Numbered from the stretch's first letter, positions 18,836-30,412 are shown. The stretch is DNA of 64,000 nt from Sedimentisphaerales bacterium (GCA_963708075.1 OY970194.1:1088001-1152000), one strand, 5' to 3'. Notes: generated by a model not told the origin, from the letters alone. Numbers and translations are program-made.

Positions 18836-20998
18836 ATGAGAACACACGTATCTGCGTCTCGCGCGTTGTTGCTGGCTCTTTGTGTGCTCGGCGGCTCGGT
18901 GGTCAGCCAGGCGAGCATTGTCGGGCCGTACGCTGTGGACAAGTGGGTGCTGCACATCTGGCATCTCGATGAGCCTGCCGGGAGTACGACGGTGGCGGAT
19001 GACGCCGTGCCGCAGCCCCTGGCGCTGAATGTCACGGGCGCGCCGGTTCTGGCCAGCCCGTCGTTCGCCAAGTTCGGGACATCCATTCAGACGGGCAACG
19101 CCAATTATCTCAGTGGGGGCGTGCTGCCGCTGAACCGGTTCACCTGGTCCGATGGGGCCTTCACGTTTGAGGCGATCATTCGCCCGGATGTTGATCCGCT
19201 GAAGGCTCCCAACAATATGAATATCATCTGCGGCGAGCGTGCGGGCTCGGATCCGAGGTCGTGGCAGTTCCGAATCACCAACGCGGGCCAGTTGCACTTC
19301 ATCCGGCTTCCCAGCAACGGGGCGGTCGAGAACTTCAGCGCTGCACTGCCATCCTCCGGCCCGAACGCGGCGGTGGCGGGGCAGTGGTATCACGTGGCCG
19401 TGACCTATACGGGCGTGCCCGCCCAGCCGGGCAACCTGAAGCTGTTCTGGACGCTGCTCGACGAGAGCCGGACGAAGGCGGCACTGCTGGCGGAATTCAC
19501 GATGAACGTCAGTCTCGGCGGCGAGCCGCTGTTCACGGTCGGCACCAGCGGCCGCAATCCCAATGGCGAGGGATTCCGCGGGCTCATCGACGAGGTCCGC
19601 ATCAGCGGCATCGATCGCTATGCCGATGAAATGCAGTTCTCGGACACGGGGGGCGGACTCGCTCCGAAGTTCACGGTGCAGCCGGCGGACACCCTGGCCG
19701 GGTTCGGCGAATCCATCAAGCTAAAGGCGATCACGTCGGGCACGCTGCCCATCTCCTATCAGTGGCAATTCAATGGTGTCAATTTAGCCGGCGAGGTGAA
19801 CGACGTTCTGACGATTCCGGCGGCGGCATTCGAGCAGGAGGGACGTTACAAGGTCACCGCTACCAATGCGTTCGGCAGCGCCGACAGCAATGAGGCGCAA
19901 CTCACGGTCGGCGCCCTGTTCTCAGAGCTCTTCAATACCGGCCAGGACGTGAATCTCGCGGTCCTGCCCGGTGACTCAAACGACCTGCACTACGGGCTTC
20001 TCGAGAGTCCCGACGTGAACAACCTTGGTCCGAAGGTCAAGGTGTGGAGCGATGCCGGTCCTGTGCCGGTGTTTGTCTGGAACGGTCCGGTTTCGTCGTG
20101 GATCAGTGCGGTCGCGAACGCGGGTATCGTGCCCGGGAAATACGTGTACCGCACGCAGTTCCTGATCGATTCGGCCGATCCATGCACGGCGGCGCTCCAG
20201 GGCACCTGGATGCTGAACACCCGCGGCGACGATATTCTATTGAACGGGCAATCCACGGGAATCACGAACACGTCGGAACTGCCGTACAAGGTCGCCGAGA
20301 GTTTCACGATTGACAAAGGCTTTGTGGCGGGTCTCAACACGTTGGACTTCATTGTGACCAACGCGGGCGACGTGGCGGGCGGGTACGCAGCGTTACGCGT
20401 CGAACTGCGTGGCGTCGGCAAGGCACTGCCGGCAGGCGTGCCGCAGATCGTCACGCAGCCTCAAAGCCGTACGGTTCGCAGCGGGGGCCAGACCTCCCTG
20501 TCGGTGATCGCGTCGGGCCGGCCGCCGCTGTCCTATCAGTGGCTCTTCAACGACAAGCCCATGACGGACCCGAATGCAAGCCTTCGGACACTGCCGTTGA
20601 ATGTCGTCAACGCCGACTCGGCGGGCCGCTACACGGTGGTGGTTACCAACGCATCCGGCTCTGTAACCAGCGAGGCGGTCGTAGTGACGGCTGCCGCGAA
20701 CAACCAGGCCCCTGTGGCGCTGGCTTACAAGGCCACAACGGTCCAGGATCAGCCGGTGGAGATCCCCATCTCCCGGCTGCGATGGAATATGAGCGACCCG
20801 GATGGCGACCCCACGTACTTCACGGCGGTCGGCGAAACCAGCGATGCGGGCGGGAAGATCGTCGACCTGGGCGGCGCCAGTGTCACGTACACGCCGGCCG
20901 CCGGCTTCGTCGGATCGGACCGGTTCACCTACTCGATCGAGGACGAGATGGGCGGCACAGCCACCGCCGATGTGCAGGTGGAAGTGACGCCGAAGTAA
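18836..20998 (+). CDS. Secreted protein with LamG-like, Ig-like and C-terminal cadherin/Big-like domains
   Basis: Signal peptide; WYHVAVTY and FRGLIDEVRIS (LamG); two YQW..NG/ND Ig repeats; YTPAAGFVGSDRFTY. Confidence 0.8.
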   Translation: MRTHVSASRALLLALCVLGGSVVSQASIVGPYAVDKWVLHIWHLDEPAGSTTVADDAVPQPLALNVTGAPVLASPSFAKFGTSIQTGNANYLSGGVLPLNRFTWSDGAFTFEAIIRPDVDPLKAPNNMNIICGERAGSDPRSWQFRITNAGQLHFIRLPSNGAVENFSAALPSSGPNAAVAGQWYHVAVTYTGVPAQPGNLKLFWTLLDESRTKAALLAEFTMNVSLGGEPLFTVGTSGRNPNGEGFRGLIDEVRISGIDRYADEMQFSDTGGGLAPKFTVQPADTLAGFGESIKLKAITSGTLPISYQWQFNGVNLAGEVNDVLTIPAAAFEQEGRYKVTATNAFGSADSNEAQLTVGALFSELFNTGQDVNLAVLPGDSNDLHYGLLESPDVNNLGPKVKVWSDAGPVPVFVWNGPVSSWISAVANAGIVPGKYVYRTQFLIDSADPCTAALQGTWMLNTRGDDILLNGQSTGITNTSELPYKVAESFTIDKGFVAGLNTLDFIVTNAGDVAGGYAALRVELRGVGKALPAGVPQIVTQPQSRTVRSGGQTSLSVIASGRPPLSYQWLFNDKPMTDPNASLRTLPLNVVNADSAGRYTVVVTNASGSVTSEAVVVTAAANNQAPVALAYKATTVQDQPVEIPISRLRWNMSDPDGDPTYFTAVGETSDAGGKIVDLGGASVTYTPAAGFVGSDRFTYSIEDEMGGTATADVQVEVTPK

Positions 20999-21035
20999 CC
21001 CCGGTCGCAAGCCGGTTGACAATTTTGCAGGTAGT

Positions 21036-21072
21036 AAGGGGCCTGTGCGACATCGCGCGGGCCCCTTTCTTG
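21036..21072 (+). terminator. Intrinsic terminator
   Basis: AAGGGGCCTGTGCGA-ca-TCGCGCGGGCCCCTT then TCTT. Confidence 0.6.
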
Positions 21073-21141
21073 TGGGTGGACAGGGCGTCGCGGGGCGATC
21101 CGGAGGCAGACTCGCCAGATCGCGGCCTCCCCAAATGCAGC

Positions 21142-22675
21142 GTGTGCGACTAATTTTCGTGGGGATCGTATGGCCTGTGGGCAGTTGGACAGCGTATGAT
21201 GAGAATGGAATTATTCAGTCATTCAGTCATACAGCAAGGAAGTACTCATGCACGAGAAGCTCACTGCCTCACAGTTGAAAAAGGCGATGAGGGGAGAGGT
21301 CGATACCTTGATCGAGGACGTGGTCAAGGCCGTCAATCAGGCCCAGGCCGGACGCATCATTGCCGATAGCGAAGAACTCGTTCGCCAGGCCAGTGCGTTG
21401 TTTCGCCAGCGTCTCTATGAGAGAGCCCTTCAATTACGCCAGCAGCACAGTGAGGCGGCTTTTTCCCCCGATGCCCAGCGACGACGGCCCCAGGTACGAG
21501 AGTAAAGGCTGCCGTTCGATTGAGTATCTGACGGTCAATGGTCCTGTTCAGATCCGCCGCCGGGTCTATTGGAATCGCGGCAAGGGCTCCATCACCCCGG
21601 TGGATCAATGGCTGGGCATGAGCCACAGTCGCTACAGCGTGGGGGTTCGCCAGTTATGCTGCCGGGCGGCGGTCGGCAGTGACTTTCGCACCGCCGCCGA
21701 GAATCTGGCCTACGTCGGTCAATTGCACATCAGCCATGAGACGGTCCGCGGCCTTGTCGAGGGTGAGGGCCGGCAAGTCCTGACGCAGCAGCGTTCGGGG
21801 GCTCTGGGCCCCGACTGGGCGGCCGAGGACTGCCGGTCCGGACCGAACAAATCCACCTGCATCATCACCGGAGCCGATGGGGTTAAGGTGCCCTTGGTCA
21901 CCCAGGTGGAGAAAGAGAAACGCCGCAAGCGACGGGCCCGTCGCCGTAAGGGCCAGCCCAAGCGTCGGCCGATGCATCCCGGCAGTGATCTGCCGTACAA
22001 GGAGTTCAAGATCGTGGCGTTCTACGATCCCTCGAAACAGCACCAATATGCCATCGGCACCAGCGGCAATGCCCAGACGCTGGGCCAGTTGATGCGTCAG
22101 CACGCCGGCCAACTCAAGCTGGATCAAGCCGCTCTGGCCTACTCGGTGAGCGACGGGGCCGAGTGGATTCGCAAGCAATACCACCTCCAATTGCCGATGC
22201 TCAAGGCCAACATCCTGGATTACTATCACCTGCGGGACAACGTGATCAAGGCCAGTCAAAGCGTCTATGGCCAAGGCAGTGTGCAAAGCCAGCATTGGCG
22301 TGAGCAGATCTGTGGCTGCTTCTTAGAGCAAGGCCCCGAGCAGGCCCTGGAGCAGATCCAAGCCCTGCGTAAGACGCTTCGAGCCGCCGACAAACGCAAA
22401 GCCCTGGAGCAGTTGATCAAGTTCATTGATGTCCGCCAGGAGATGACGCAGTATCCACAATTCAAAGCGGCCGGCTATGAGATCGGCTCGGGCCCGACAG
22501 AGGCCTTCTGCAAGACGTTGACGGTCCGGCTCAAAGGCCCAGGGATGCGCTGGGACAAACCCAATGCTGAGGCCATGATGGCCCTGGCGTCAGTGCGTTC
22601 CAGCCATCTATGGCATAACTACTGGGACATCCAACGCAAGATACCCGCCTGACCCCACGAAATGTAGTCGCACAC
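21142..22675 (+). mobile_element. Complete ISKra4-like insertion sequence
   Basis: 23-bp imperfect TIRs GTGTGCGACTA(AT/CA)TTTCGTGGGG; 8-bp target duplication AATGCAGC at 21134-21141 and 22676-22683. Confidence 0.9.
21248..22652 (+). CDS. ISKra4-like DDE transposase split over two frames at a T5C5 run
   Basis: GADG, SDGAEWI, LDYYHL, IGSGPTEAFCK..RLKGPGMRW; frames join at TTTTTCCCCC 21460-21469. Confidence 0.85.
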
Positions 22676-23178
22676 AATGCAGCATGGACTGCATGTTTTT
22701 CTTGCAACAGGGCATGGCAGATTGGTATAAATGAGGGAGGTAGTTCCTGCGATTGTCATTCTTGAAGGCTGGAGTCTGCGATGGCTCAAGACGGCACGGC
22801 AGCACGCGTGTGACGTACGAAGACCGCGTGCCGTGAGGGTACCCCATTTCATACACGTTGTGTCGGTCTGTCGCAACTCATTCACCGACCCCGCTGGGGC
22901 CATTCAAGGAAGGAGGTTGGCTGGGATCTTGAGAGTCTTGCCGTTCTTGCAGAGGCGTGCTCCACACGAGCATCTATCCGCGCTGAGCAACCGGGATTGA
23001 GGGTACTGAGCATGGGACGCGGATGGTGAGGAGTCTCTGGAAACACTGGAGCGGCGTGTGTCTGGCTTATAGTCGGGCAGGATTGGGTGAGGGTGTCGCG
23101 CATGCAAGGCGTGCGGAAATCCTGCGGCCTGTCCCGGAGCCAGGCTGTATCGATTCGAACTGTAAAAGGAGGATTATC

Positions 23179-25098
23179 ATGAGTAGAACACTGTTTTCTC
23201 TTGTATCTGTCCTGTTGCTGTCGGTGGCGAGCACCAGTTACGGCCTCGTCATCGGCGATTTTGAAGCCGGCCTGGATGGCTGGGGCGAGACGTCGGAGAA
23301 GAATGCCACATTCGCCGTGAGCACGGTGGGAGCCGTCACCGGCAGCCAGAGCCTGGCGGTGAAGCTTACCGGCGGCTACTGGAGCGTTCAGTACAACGCG
23401 CCGACTGTGCCCGTGATCGTGCCCGGCATGAAGTTTCAGTTTGAGGTGACCATGGTGCAATCGGAATGGACCAACAACAACTGGACGAAGGTCGCCGATA
23501 AGATTGCCCTCAATGGCGGCGCGAGCGGCTGGAAAGAGTATATCCCCACGGCCGTGGACACGGTCACCGGCGAAGCAGTGGCATCGGACTGGGGTCCCTG
23601 GAATCCCACGGTGACGAAGACGTTCTCCGTGGATATCTCCGATTACGATATGACGGGGGCCACCTGGTTCCAGATCGTTATGGCCCTGCAACAGAATCCG
23701 AACGAAGGCGCGGGCTTCTTCTACATTGACAATGTGCAACTGATCGAGCCTGCCAAGAAGATCGTTTTCGTTTCCTTCCATGGAGCGGATGATGTGGCCT
23801 CGGCCGGTGCCGCCGGCGCCGGCTTCACCACAGCGGCCGACAAAGGGTACACCGATCTGCTGAAGGCCAATGGGTACGACGTGACACGCTTCGTCTCGAC
23901 GAACACTCCCGACGTGAATGTGCTCAATGCGGCGGATCTGGTGATCCTCGGTCGCTCGGTCGGCAGTGCCCAGTATCAGAACGCCTTGGCCGACACGTGG
24001 AACGCCCAGATTACCGCTCCCATGATCATCACGAATGGCTACGTCCTGCGGAAGAGCCGCATGGGCTTCAGCACCGGTAACACCTTACCGGACACCACCG
24101 GGGACATCAAGTTGGTGGTCAGCGACCCGAACCACCCGATTTTCGCGGGAATCGCACTGACCAATGGCACTATGGACAATCCGTATGCCGGCGTGCCCTT
24201 CTATCCCACTGACGCAACAAAAAAGGCGCGGGGCATCTCGGTGAACACCGATCCGGCCAACGCCGCGGGGACAGTCCTGGCCACGATTGCAGCGCCGGCA
24301 GATCCCAATGACCCCAATGATCCCAATGATTCCTTTGATCCTATCAATGGTCCTGTCGGCGGCATCGTGATCGCCGAATGGCCGGCTCGGGCCACACTGA
24401 CGCACGACGGCGGGGCCAAAACGAACATACTGGCTGGTCCTCGGCTGGTGTTCCTGACCGGCAGTCGCGAGGCAGACAAGGTAAACTCAGAAACGGCGGG
24501 TATGTATGATCTGGCCGCAGATGGCGAAAAGATGTTCCTCAACGCTGTCGCGTACATGCTGACACCGAAGACGGTGGTTGTGCCCGTGGTGAACGCCAGC
24601 TTCGAGCTGCCCGGCACCGCGAAGATCAAGGGCTGGAACGGCGAAGGCATTGCCAACACCCCGGCCGTCGATATCCCTGGCTGGGCCAGCGATGCAGGCG
24701 TTGCTGTTGCGGATTCCGGTGTGGAATCGGACACCCGATATCCTGCCACAGACGGCGTGTGGACGGCCTTCATGAAGGGTGCTGATCCCTCCATTTGGCA
24801 GTTGACGGACTTCGTCATTCAGGCGCAGGACGTCTTCGTGCTGAAGGTGGATGCCCGGAGCACTTGGAATTCCAAGACCCTGAAGATGAGCCTGTATTGT
24901 GATGTGGCCGGCATTCGGCTTCCGCTCACTTTCCAGGACGTGGCGTTGACAGACACCATGCAGACGTTCACGCTGGAATTTGCGGCGAAGGACATGCAGG
25001 TTGCCGTAGGCGCAAAGATTGGCATTGAACTCGACAATGTCACTACCGACGGCAATAGCTGGGCTGGTTTGGACAACGTGAGTCTTACCTTGAAGTAA
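23179..25098 (+). CDS. Secreted multi-domain protein with carbohydrate-binding-like beta-sandwich modules
   Basis: AGGAGG RBS, signal peptide, FYIDNVQL and GLDNVSL module ends, DPNDPNDPND linker. Confidence 0.7.
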   Translation: MSRTLFSLVSVLLLSVASTSYGLVIGDFEAGLDGWGETSEKNATFAVSTVGAVTGSQSLAVKLTGGYWSVQYNAPTVPVIVPGMKFQFEVTMVQSEWTNNNWTKVADKIALNGGASGWKEYIPTAVDTVTGEAVASDWGPWNPTVTKTFSVDISDYDMTGATWFQIVMALQQNPNEGAGFFYIDNVQLIEPAKKIVFVSFHGADDVASAGAAGAGFTTAADKGYTDLLKANGYDVTRFVSTNTPDVNVLNAADLVILGRSVGSAQYQNALADTWNAQITAPMIITNGYVLRKSRMGFSTGNTLPDTTGDIKLVVSDPNHPIFAGIALTNGTMDNPYAGVPFYPTDATKKARGISVNTDPANAAGTVLATIAAPADPNDPNDPNDSFDPINGPVGGIVIAEWPARATLTHDGGAKTNILAGPRLVFLTGSREADKVNSETAGMYDLAADGEKMFLNAVAYMLTPKTVVVPVVNASFELPGTAKIKGWNGEGIANTPAVDIPGWASDAGVAVADSGVESDTRYPATDGVWTAFMKGADPSIWQLTDFVIQAQDVFVLKVDARSTWNSKTLKMSLYCDVAGIRLPLTFQDVALTDTMQTFTLEFAAKDMQVAVGAKIGIELDNVTTDGNSWAGLDNVSLTLK

Positions 25099-25124
25099 TC
25101 GAGGCAAGATGCAGAAGCAGTCTC

Positions 25125-25159
25125 GGGCCTGTACTCCTCGTGGGTACAGGCCCTTTTTT
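25125..25159 (+). terminator. Intrinsic terminator
   Basis: GGGCCTGTAC-loop-GTACAGGCCC then T6. Confidence 0.85.
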
Positions 25160-25195
25160 GTTGGCAGCGGGGAGAACGATGCTATAATAACACCC

Positions 25196-25981
25196 ATGTC
25201 AAGGGACATGGACGTGGACAAAGCGGTTCGCCAGCAGCTCGAGATGGACGGGTTCTTCACCGGTTTTGCTGTGAAGGGTGGCAGAGAGGCAAAGCCTTGT
25301 GTTGCTGTCGAAGCGGGCAGTTGCACTCCTTTGGAACAGCCTTCACCTGCACAGCCACGGAGCGGCCTTGATCCGGCCGAGGCGGCCAGGGAGCTTGGTG
25401 CGCTGGCCGGCGAGGTTCGGCAATGCCGCTTGTGCGGGCTTGGCGCATCGCGGACGAACGCGGTGCCCGGCGAGGGCAACGCCAGGGCGCGCATCATGTT
25501 CGTCGGCGAGGCCCCGGGGGCGGATGAAGACGCCCAGGGCCGGCCGTTCGTCGGCAGGGCGGGGCAGCTCCTCGACAAGATCGTCGCCGCCTGCGGCCTC
25601 AAGCGGGAGGATGTCTTCATCGGCAACATCCTCAAATGCAGGCCTCCGGAGAACCGTGAGCCCCGGCCGGAGGAGATCATCAACTGCCTGCCCTACCTGC
25701 AGAGGCAGATCGAGGCGATCAACCCGGACGTCATCGTGGCCCTGGGGGCCCATGCGGCCAAGACCCTGCTGAATACGCCGAAATCCATCAGCCATCTGCG
25801 GGGCCAGTTCCACGAGTACTCTGTGGGGATTGGCCGGCCGCCGGTCAAGCTTATGGCCACATTCCATCCCGCCTATCTCCTTCGCAACTACAGCGAGGAG
25901 AACCGCCGCTACGTCTGGGAGGATATGAAAAAGGTCCTCACCGAGCTCGGCCTGCCCGTCCCTGAACGCAGCAAGGGCTGA
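25196..25981 (+). CDS. Uracil-DNA glycosylase, family 4 (Fe-S)
   Basis: CRLCGL, FVGEAPG, GRPFVGRAG, KCRPPENR, TFHPAYLLR. Confidence 0.93.
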   Translation: MSRDMDVDKAVRQQLEMDGFFTGFAVKGGREAKPCVAVEAGSCTPLEQPSPAQPRSGLDPAEAARELGALAGEVRQCRLCGLGASRTNAVPGEGNARARIMFVGEAPGADEDAQGRPFVGRAGQLLDKIVAACGLKREDVFIGNILKCRPPENREPRPEEIINCLPYLQRQIEAINPDVIVALGAHAAKTLLNTPKSISHLRGQFHEYSVGIGRPPVKLMATFHPAYLLRNYSEENRRYVWEDMKKVLTELGLPVPERSKG

Positions 25982-26523
25982 TCGCTCCGCCGTCGCGGCA
26001 TCATTCCGCCGCGATTTCCCATCGCAAGCGCGGATGGGCCTTGCCCTGGTCAATCCGCCAGATATCCTCTGCGCGGTTGGTCGTCTCACCTGGCCAGTTA
26101 GTTTCTCAGGAGCCGGTTCGCCAACGGGGACCCAGTGTGGGGACATGACCCATGGCCATATCGTTCCCTATCGCCGAAAACGAGCCTATCCTCTTCTGAC
26201 GATACCATGTGAGCCCGGAAGATCCATTGTGCAGAACTGTGTATTTTGGGGACGGATGAGCCGTGTTCTCCAAAAGATTAGCGGCGTTCTTGTCGCAAAT
26301 ATCTTCTCAGGACACACTTTTTCTTAGTAATGGTGGCGGTTTCTGTGCGTCTGATAGGACGGAGTCGCTGTAGAGACGCAGAATCTTGCGTCTCCGGCGC
26401 CAGGCATGTAGAAAAAATGTCCGGTTTTGAGTAGAATTGATGTCTTGCAGGTCTCTTGGAGGCAGGGGATCCTCTTGCTGATTCGATTCTCTGCTACGAA
26501 AGCTTCTCGGAAAGGGAGAAAGT

Positions 26524-29500
26524 ATGAAAAAGACTGTGCTGTCAGTCCTCATCGCATCGTGCGTTTTTGCCGTCTCGGCCTCCGCCACCACTCGGAAGGT
26601 CCCCAGCGAGTACCCGAGCATCCAGATGGCCATCCAGGACTGTACCGACGGTGATACGGTCCTCGTGGCGCCGGGTGTGTACTACGAGACGATCAATTTC
26701 GGCGGCAGAGACATCGTCGTGACAGGCACGGACCCGAACGACTCCAAGATTGTAGGGTACACGATCATCGATGCCGACGGGGACGGCTCGACCGTCACGT
26801 TCGAAAACGGCGAGACATCGGCTGCTGTACTGACCGGGTTTACCATCACCGGCGGCTTCGGGACCCTCAACACCACCGTTGAGGGTGGGAACGCCTTCTG
26901 GGGCGGCGGCATCTACTGCATCAACGCCTCGCCGACGATCACCAGGAACATCATCACGCGCAACGAGGGTCCCACCGAAATGGATCTCATGACCGGGCAG
27001 GGCGAAGTCAGCTACGGCGGCGGCATTGCGGCCATCTATTGTGACCCCATCATCACTCACAACATCATCCGGAACAACACCGGCATGATCGGTGGCGGCA
27101 TGATCCTGTACATCGGCGATCCGTTGGTCAGCAACAACATCATCTCCGACAACTCCAGCTATGTCGGCGGCGGTGTGATTCTGCTCGGCGGCACCCTCAT
27201 CAACAATACAATTACCCGCAATGATTGTGATGCGGGCCCGGAGCCGGGCATCGGCGGCAATCTCTACGCCATCTTCGATCCTCAATTCGGACGCTCCCAG
27301 GTCTCCGGGAATATCCTCTCTGATGCTGTCTCCGGCGGCGGCATCCTCTGGCAGGGCGATATGCCGGTGGACCTCTTCAAGTATAACAACGTCTGGAACA
27401 ACGCGACCGGCAACTACCTCAGCATGAATCCCAACACCGGGGAAACACAGTATGACGGCCAGAATGACCGAACCGGCACGATGGGCAATATCAGTGTAGA
27501 TCCTCTCTTCGTCAACCCGATGAACAGGGACTATCACCTGACCTTCGAGTCGCCGTGCATCGATGCGGGCGACCCGCAGTGGGTCTTCGACGAAGGACAG
27601 ATCGACATTGATGGCCAGCCTCGTGTCCATGGCTCGCGAATTGACATCGGGGCCGATGAGTACCTGGGCTACGTCAAGCCCGTGGCGGTCGCCGGCTTCG
27701 ACCAGCACGTCCTTGCGCCTCTCGAAACCATCATGCTCGATGGCTCCCAAAGTCGTTTTTATGATCCCTGCAGCATCCGAACCTTCCGGTGGACGCAGGT
27801 TGAGGGGGCGTCCGTAGCATTGAGCGATCCGAACTCCGCGACGGTGACATTCACGCCGGAGGCGATGGGGGAATACGCCTTCGAGCTGATCGTGGCGGAT
27901 GACCGATATGCCAGCGAGGCGGACCGGGTCGTTGTGCTGGTGGGTGCAAATCAGCCGCCCGTCTCCAGTGCGGGGGCGGACAGGGTTTCGCAGGCGCCGG
28001 GCGTTGCCGTGCTGGATGGGACCGGCTCTTACGATCCCGACGGCGTGGACCGGCTCCGCTATGCCTGGAGGCAGATCGACGGGCCGCCGGTGGAGCTGCG
28101 TGATGCAGAAACGGCGAGGCCGTCCTTCGCCTGCGAGGTCGAAGGGCAGTATGCCTTTGAGCTGGTCGTCAGCGATGGCTTCGTGGACAGTCCGCCCAGC
28201 CGGACGAATACGGTGGCTGTCAGCGTCACCAAGAGCCTGCTGAGCAAGAGCGTCACTCCGACAACCACGCCGGGTATGTCCTATCACCCCGACATCTCCG
28301 GTGGCAGAATAGTGTGCACAACGGGACTGGGCGTGACAACGTGGCAGATCGCCTTCAAGGACCTTGGCACGGGTGTGACCGAGATGTTTACCGGAGGCGG
28401 CATGAACATGCAGCCGAAGGTTGACGGCGACCTGGTGGTCTGGACCGGCGCCTCGTTCACGACCACTTACGGGCCTGTCTGCAGCAGTGTCTTTGTTCGG
28501 AACGTCAGCACCGGTTCTCAGCAGACATTGCGGGCCGGCACCGACACCAGTTCCTTCAGCCATCCGGCGGTCTCCGGCAACAAAGTGGTCTGGGTGGAGC
28601 ACCGCGGGATCGACAGGAACACTCCTGAAAAGTGGTACAATATGCCATACGACATCTGCGGCGCCGATGTCAGCAATCCCCAGAAGCCGCGGTATTTCAC
28701 CATCGCTGTCGCCGCCGGCCGGCGAGATCCGTTCCCGCTCGCCAATCCGACCACCGAACATGATGTTCTCGATATCTGTGACGACATGGTGGTCTGGGAG
28801 GGACAGGGCAATATCTACGCGGCGTTCATACGTGACTTGAATGACATTCAGGTCTATACCGTGTGCGATCACCCGGCCCGCCAGTATGACCCTGCGATCT
28901 CCGATCGATTCGTCGTCTGGACCGATGAGCGAAACGACCAGGGGGATATTTATGGAGCTGATATCTCCGCCCTCTGTGACATCAGGGAGTTTGAAGTGGC
29001 CAAGAGGCCCGGATACCAGCAGCAGCCGACAGTCGACGGAACCCAGATCGTGTACATTACCGGCAGTGGACTTCGTGGCTCGGCAGGACTCGCCTGCAGG
29101 ACTCGCACGTACGGCTTCCTCGACATCGACCTGCCCGAACTCGCGAACGCAACGACACCTGTGCTGGATGGCACGACACTGGTCTGGGTGCAGGCGTCCT
29201 CCGGCTCGATTCAGGGCTACTCCCTCAGCTTCGGCTACTCTATCTTCGATGGCGATGTGCAGAACGCCAGGACGAGCCGGCGGTACGATTACATTCAGCA
29301 CGCCATCAGCGATGCCAACACGGGCGATGAGGTGGTTGCCGGGCAGCGCTCCTATGTGGAACAGATCGACTTCCTCGGCAAGGCGTTGACGGTCCGTTCG
29401 AGCGACCCGACGGACCCGGGGGTCGTCTCCGGCACTGTGATCCAGAACCGGAGCACACTTGTGACCTTTGCCAACAAAGAAGGCGCCGACAGCGTTCTGG

Positions 29501-30273
29501 ACGGTCTGACAATTCTGTGGGGCGACGTAGGCGTTTCCTGCTCTGGGACTTCTCCCACGATCAAGCGGTGCAACATCACGGCCAACCGCAAGGTGGGCCT
29601 CAGATTGCAGAATCAGAGCAATCCCACGATCACAGATTGCCGGATCACGGCCAATGATGGCCCGGGCATCGAGATGTCGTCAGTACGGCAGGGGCGTCTC
29701 GTCCGGTACAGCCAGGCGACGATCAGCAACTGTATCATCGCCGCCAATCGCCGGCAGGGCATCTTCGGCGGCAAACCTACGATCGCCAACTGCACGATCG
29801 TGGAGAATCTCGATGAGGGGATCACCGCCACCGTCCCGGTGGTGACGAACTCGATTATCTATTTTAACAATCGCGACGGCGACGGCACCCAGATCAATAG
29901 CAACTTCGCCACCGTTACGTACTGCGACGTCGAAGGCGGCTGGGAAGGCGACGGCAATATCCAGGCTGACCCGAACTTTGTGGAGTTGGGACGCTGGGTG
30001 AGCGCGAACGAAGCGACGGCAGATCCCGGGGTCTGGTGGGCAGGCGATTACCATCTCAAGAGCCAGGGGCTGCGATGGGATGGCGGAAGCAACTCCTGGG
30101 TCTCGGATAGTGTCACGAGCCCGTGCATCGACGCAGGCGATCCAGCTTCTCCGCTCCTCGATGAGCCTCTGACGATGACGCAGACCGGCGGCCAGCAGTA
30201 CCTGAACGCGCGGATCGATATGGGCGCCTACGGCGGCACAGCCGAAGCCAGCTTCGCGCCGCTGTCCAAGTAA
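26524..30273 (+). CDS. Secreted right-handed beta-helix protein with PKD and beta-propeller-like repeats
   Basis: Signal peptide; VPSEYPSIQ.AI, GGGIYC, SPCIDAGDP; LDGS..D PKD repeats; VVWTDERN; C-terminal RIDMGAYGGTAEAS. Confidence 0.8.
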   Translation: MKKTVLSVLIASCVFAVSASATTRKVPSEYPSIQMAIQDCTDGDTVLVAPGVYYETINFGGRDIVVTGTDPNDSKIVGYTIIDADGDGSTVTFENGETSAAVLTGFTITGGFGTLNTTVEGGNAFWGGGIYCINASPTITRNIITRNEGPTEMDLMTGQGEVSYGGGIAAIYCDPIITHNIIRNNTGMIGGGMILYIGDPLVSNNIISDNSSYVGGGVILLGGTLINNTITRNDCDAGPEPGIGGNLYAIFDPQFGRSQVSGNILSDAVSGGGILWQGDMPVDLFKYNNVWNNATGNYLSMNPNTGETQYDGQNDRTGTMGNISVDPLFVNPMNRDYHLTFESPCIDAGDPQWVFDEGQIDIDGQPRVHGSRIDIGADEYLGYVKPVAVAGFDQHVLAPLETIMLDGSQSRFYDPCSIRTFRWTQVEGASVALSDPNSATVTFTPEAMGEYAFELIVADDRYASEADRVVVLVGANQPPVSSAGADRVSQAPGVAVLDGTGSYDPDGVDRLRYAWRQIDGPPVELRDAETARPSFACEVEGQYAFELVVSDGFVDSPPSRTNTVAVSVTKSLLSKSVTPTTTPGMSYHPDISGGRIVCTTGLGVTTWQIAFKDLGTGVTEMFTGGGMNMQPKVDGDLVVWTGASFTTTYGPVCSSVFVRNVSTGSQQTLRAGTDTSSFSHPAVSGNKVVWVEHRGIDRNTPEKWYNMPYDICGADVSNPQKPRYFTIAVAAGRRDPFPLANPTTEHDVLDICDDMVVWEGQGNIYAAFIRDLNDIQVYTVCDHPARQYDPAISDRFVVWTDERNDQGDIYGADISALCDIREFEVAKRPGYQQQPTVDGTQIVYITGSGLRGSAGLACRTRTYGFLDIDLPELANATTPVLDGTTLVWVQASSGSIQGYSLSFGYSIFDGDVQNARTSRRYDYIQHAISDANTGDEVVAGQRSYVEQIDFLGKALTVRSSDPTDPGVVSGTVIQNRSTLVTFANKEGADSVLDGLTILWGDVGVSCSGTSPTIKRCNITANRKVGLRLQNQSNPTITDCRITANDGPGIEMSSVRQGRLVRYSQATISNCIIAANRRQGIFGGKPTIANCTIVENLDEGITATVPVVTNSIIYFNNRDGDGTQINSNFATVTYCDVEGGWEGDGNIQADPNFVELGRWVSANEATADPGVWWAGDYHLKSQGLRWDGGSNSWVSDSVTSPCIDAGDPASPLLDEPLTMTQTGGQQYLNARIDMGAYGGTAEASFAPLSK

Positions 30274-30329
30274 GCAGTTAACCGATAGTACCGATTACAC
30301 ATTAGTCCCCCGTGGCGCATCATCAGGCT

Positions 30330-30412
30330 CGGGTGGCAGCGGCAAGGCCGAAGGCTTTGCCGATGGCGAATGGTCAAACCATCGGCAAGCTCGCGCTTGC
30401 CGATGCCACCCG
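30330..30412. repeat. CGGGTGGCA-type palindromic repeat element
   Basis: CGGGTGGCAGCGGCAAG...CTTGCCGATGCCACCCG; sibling at 34006-34101. Confidence 0.75.
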
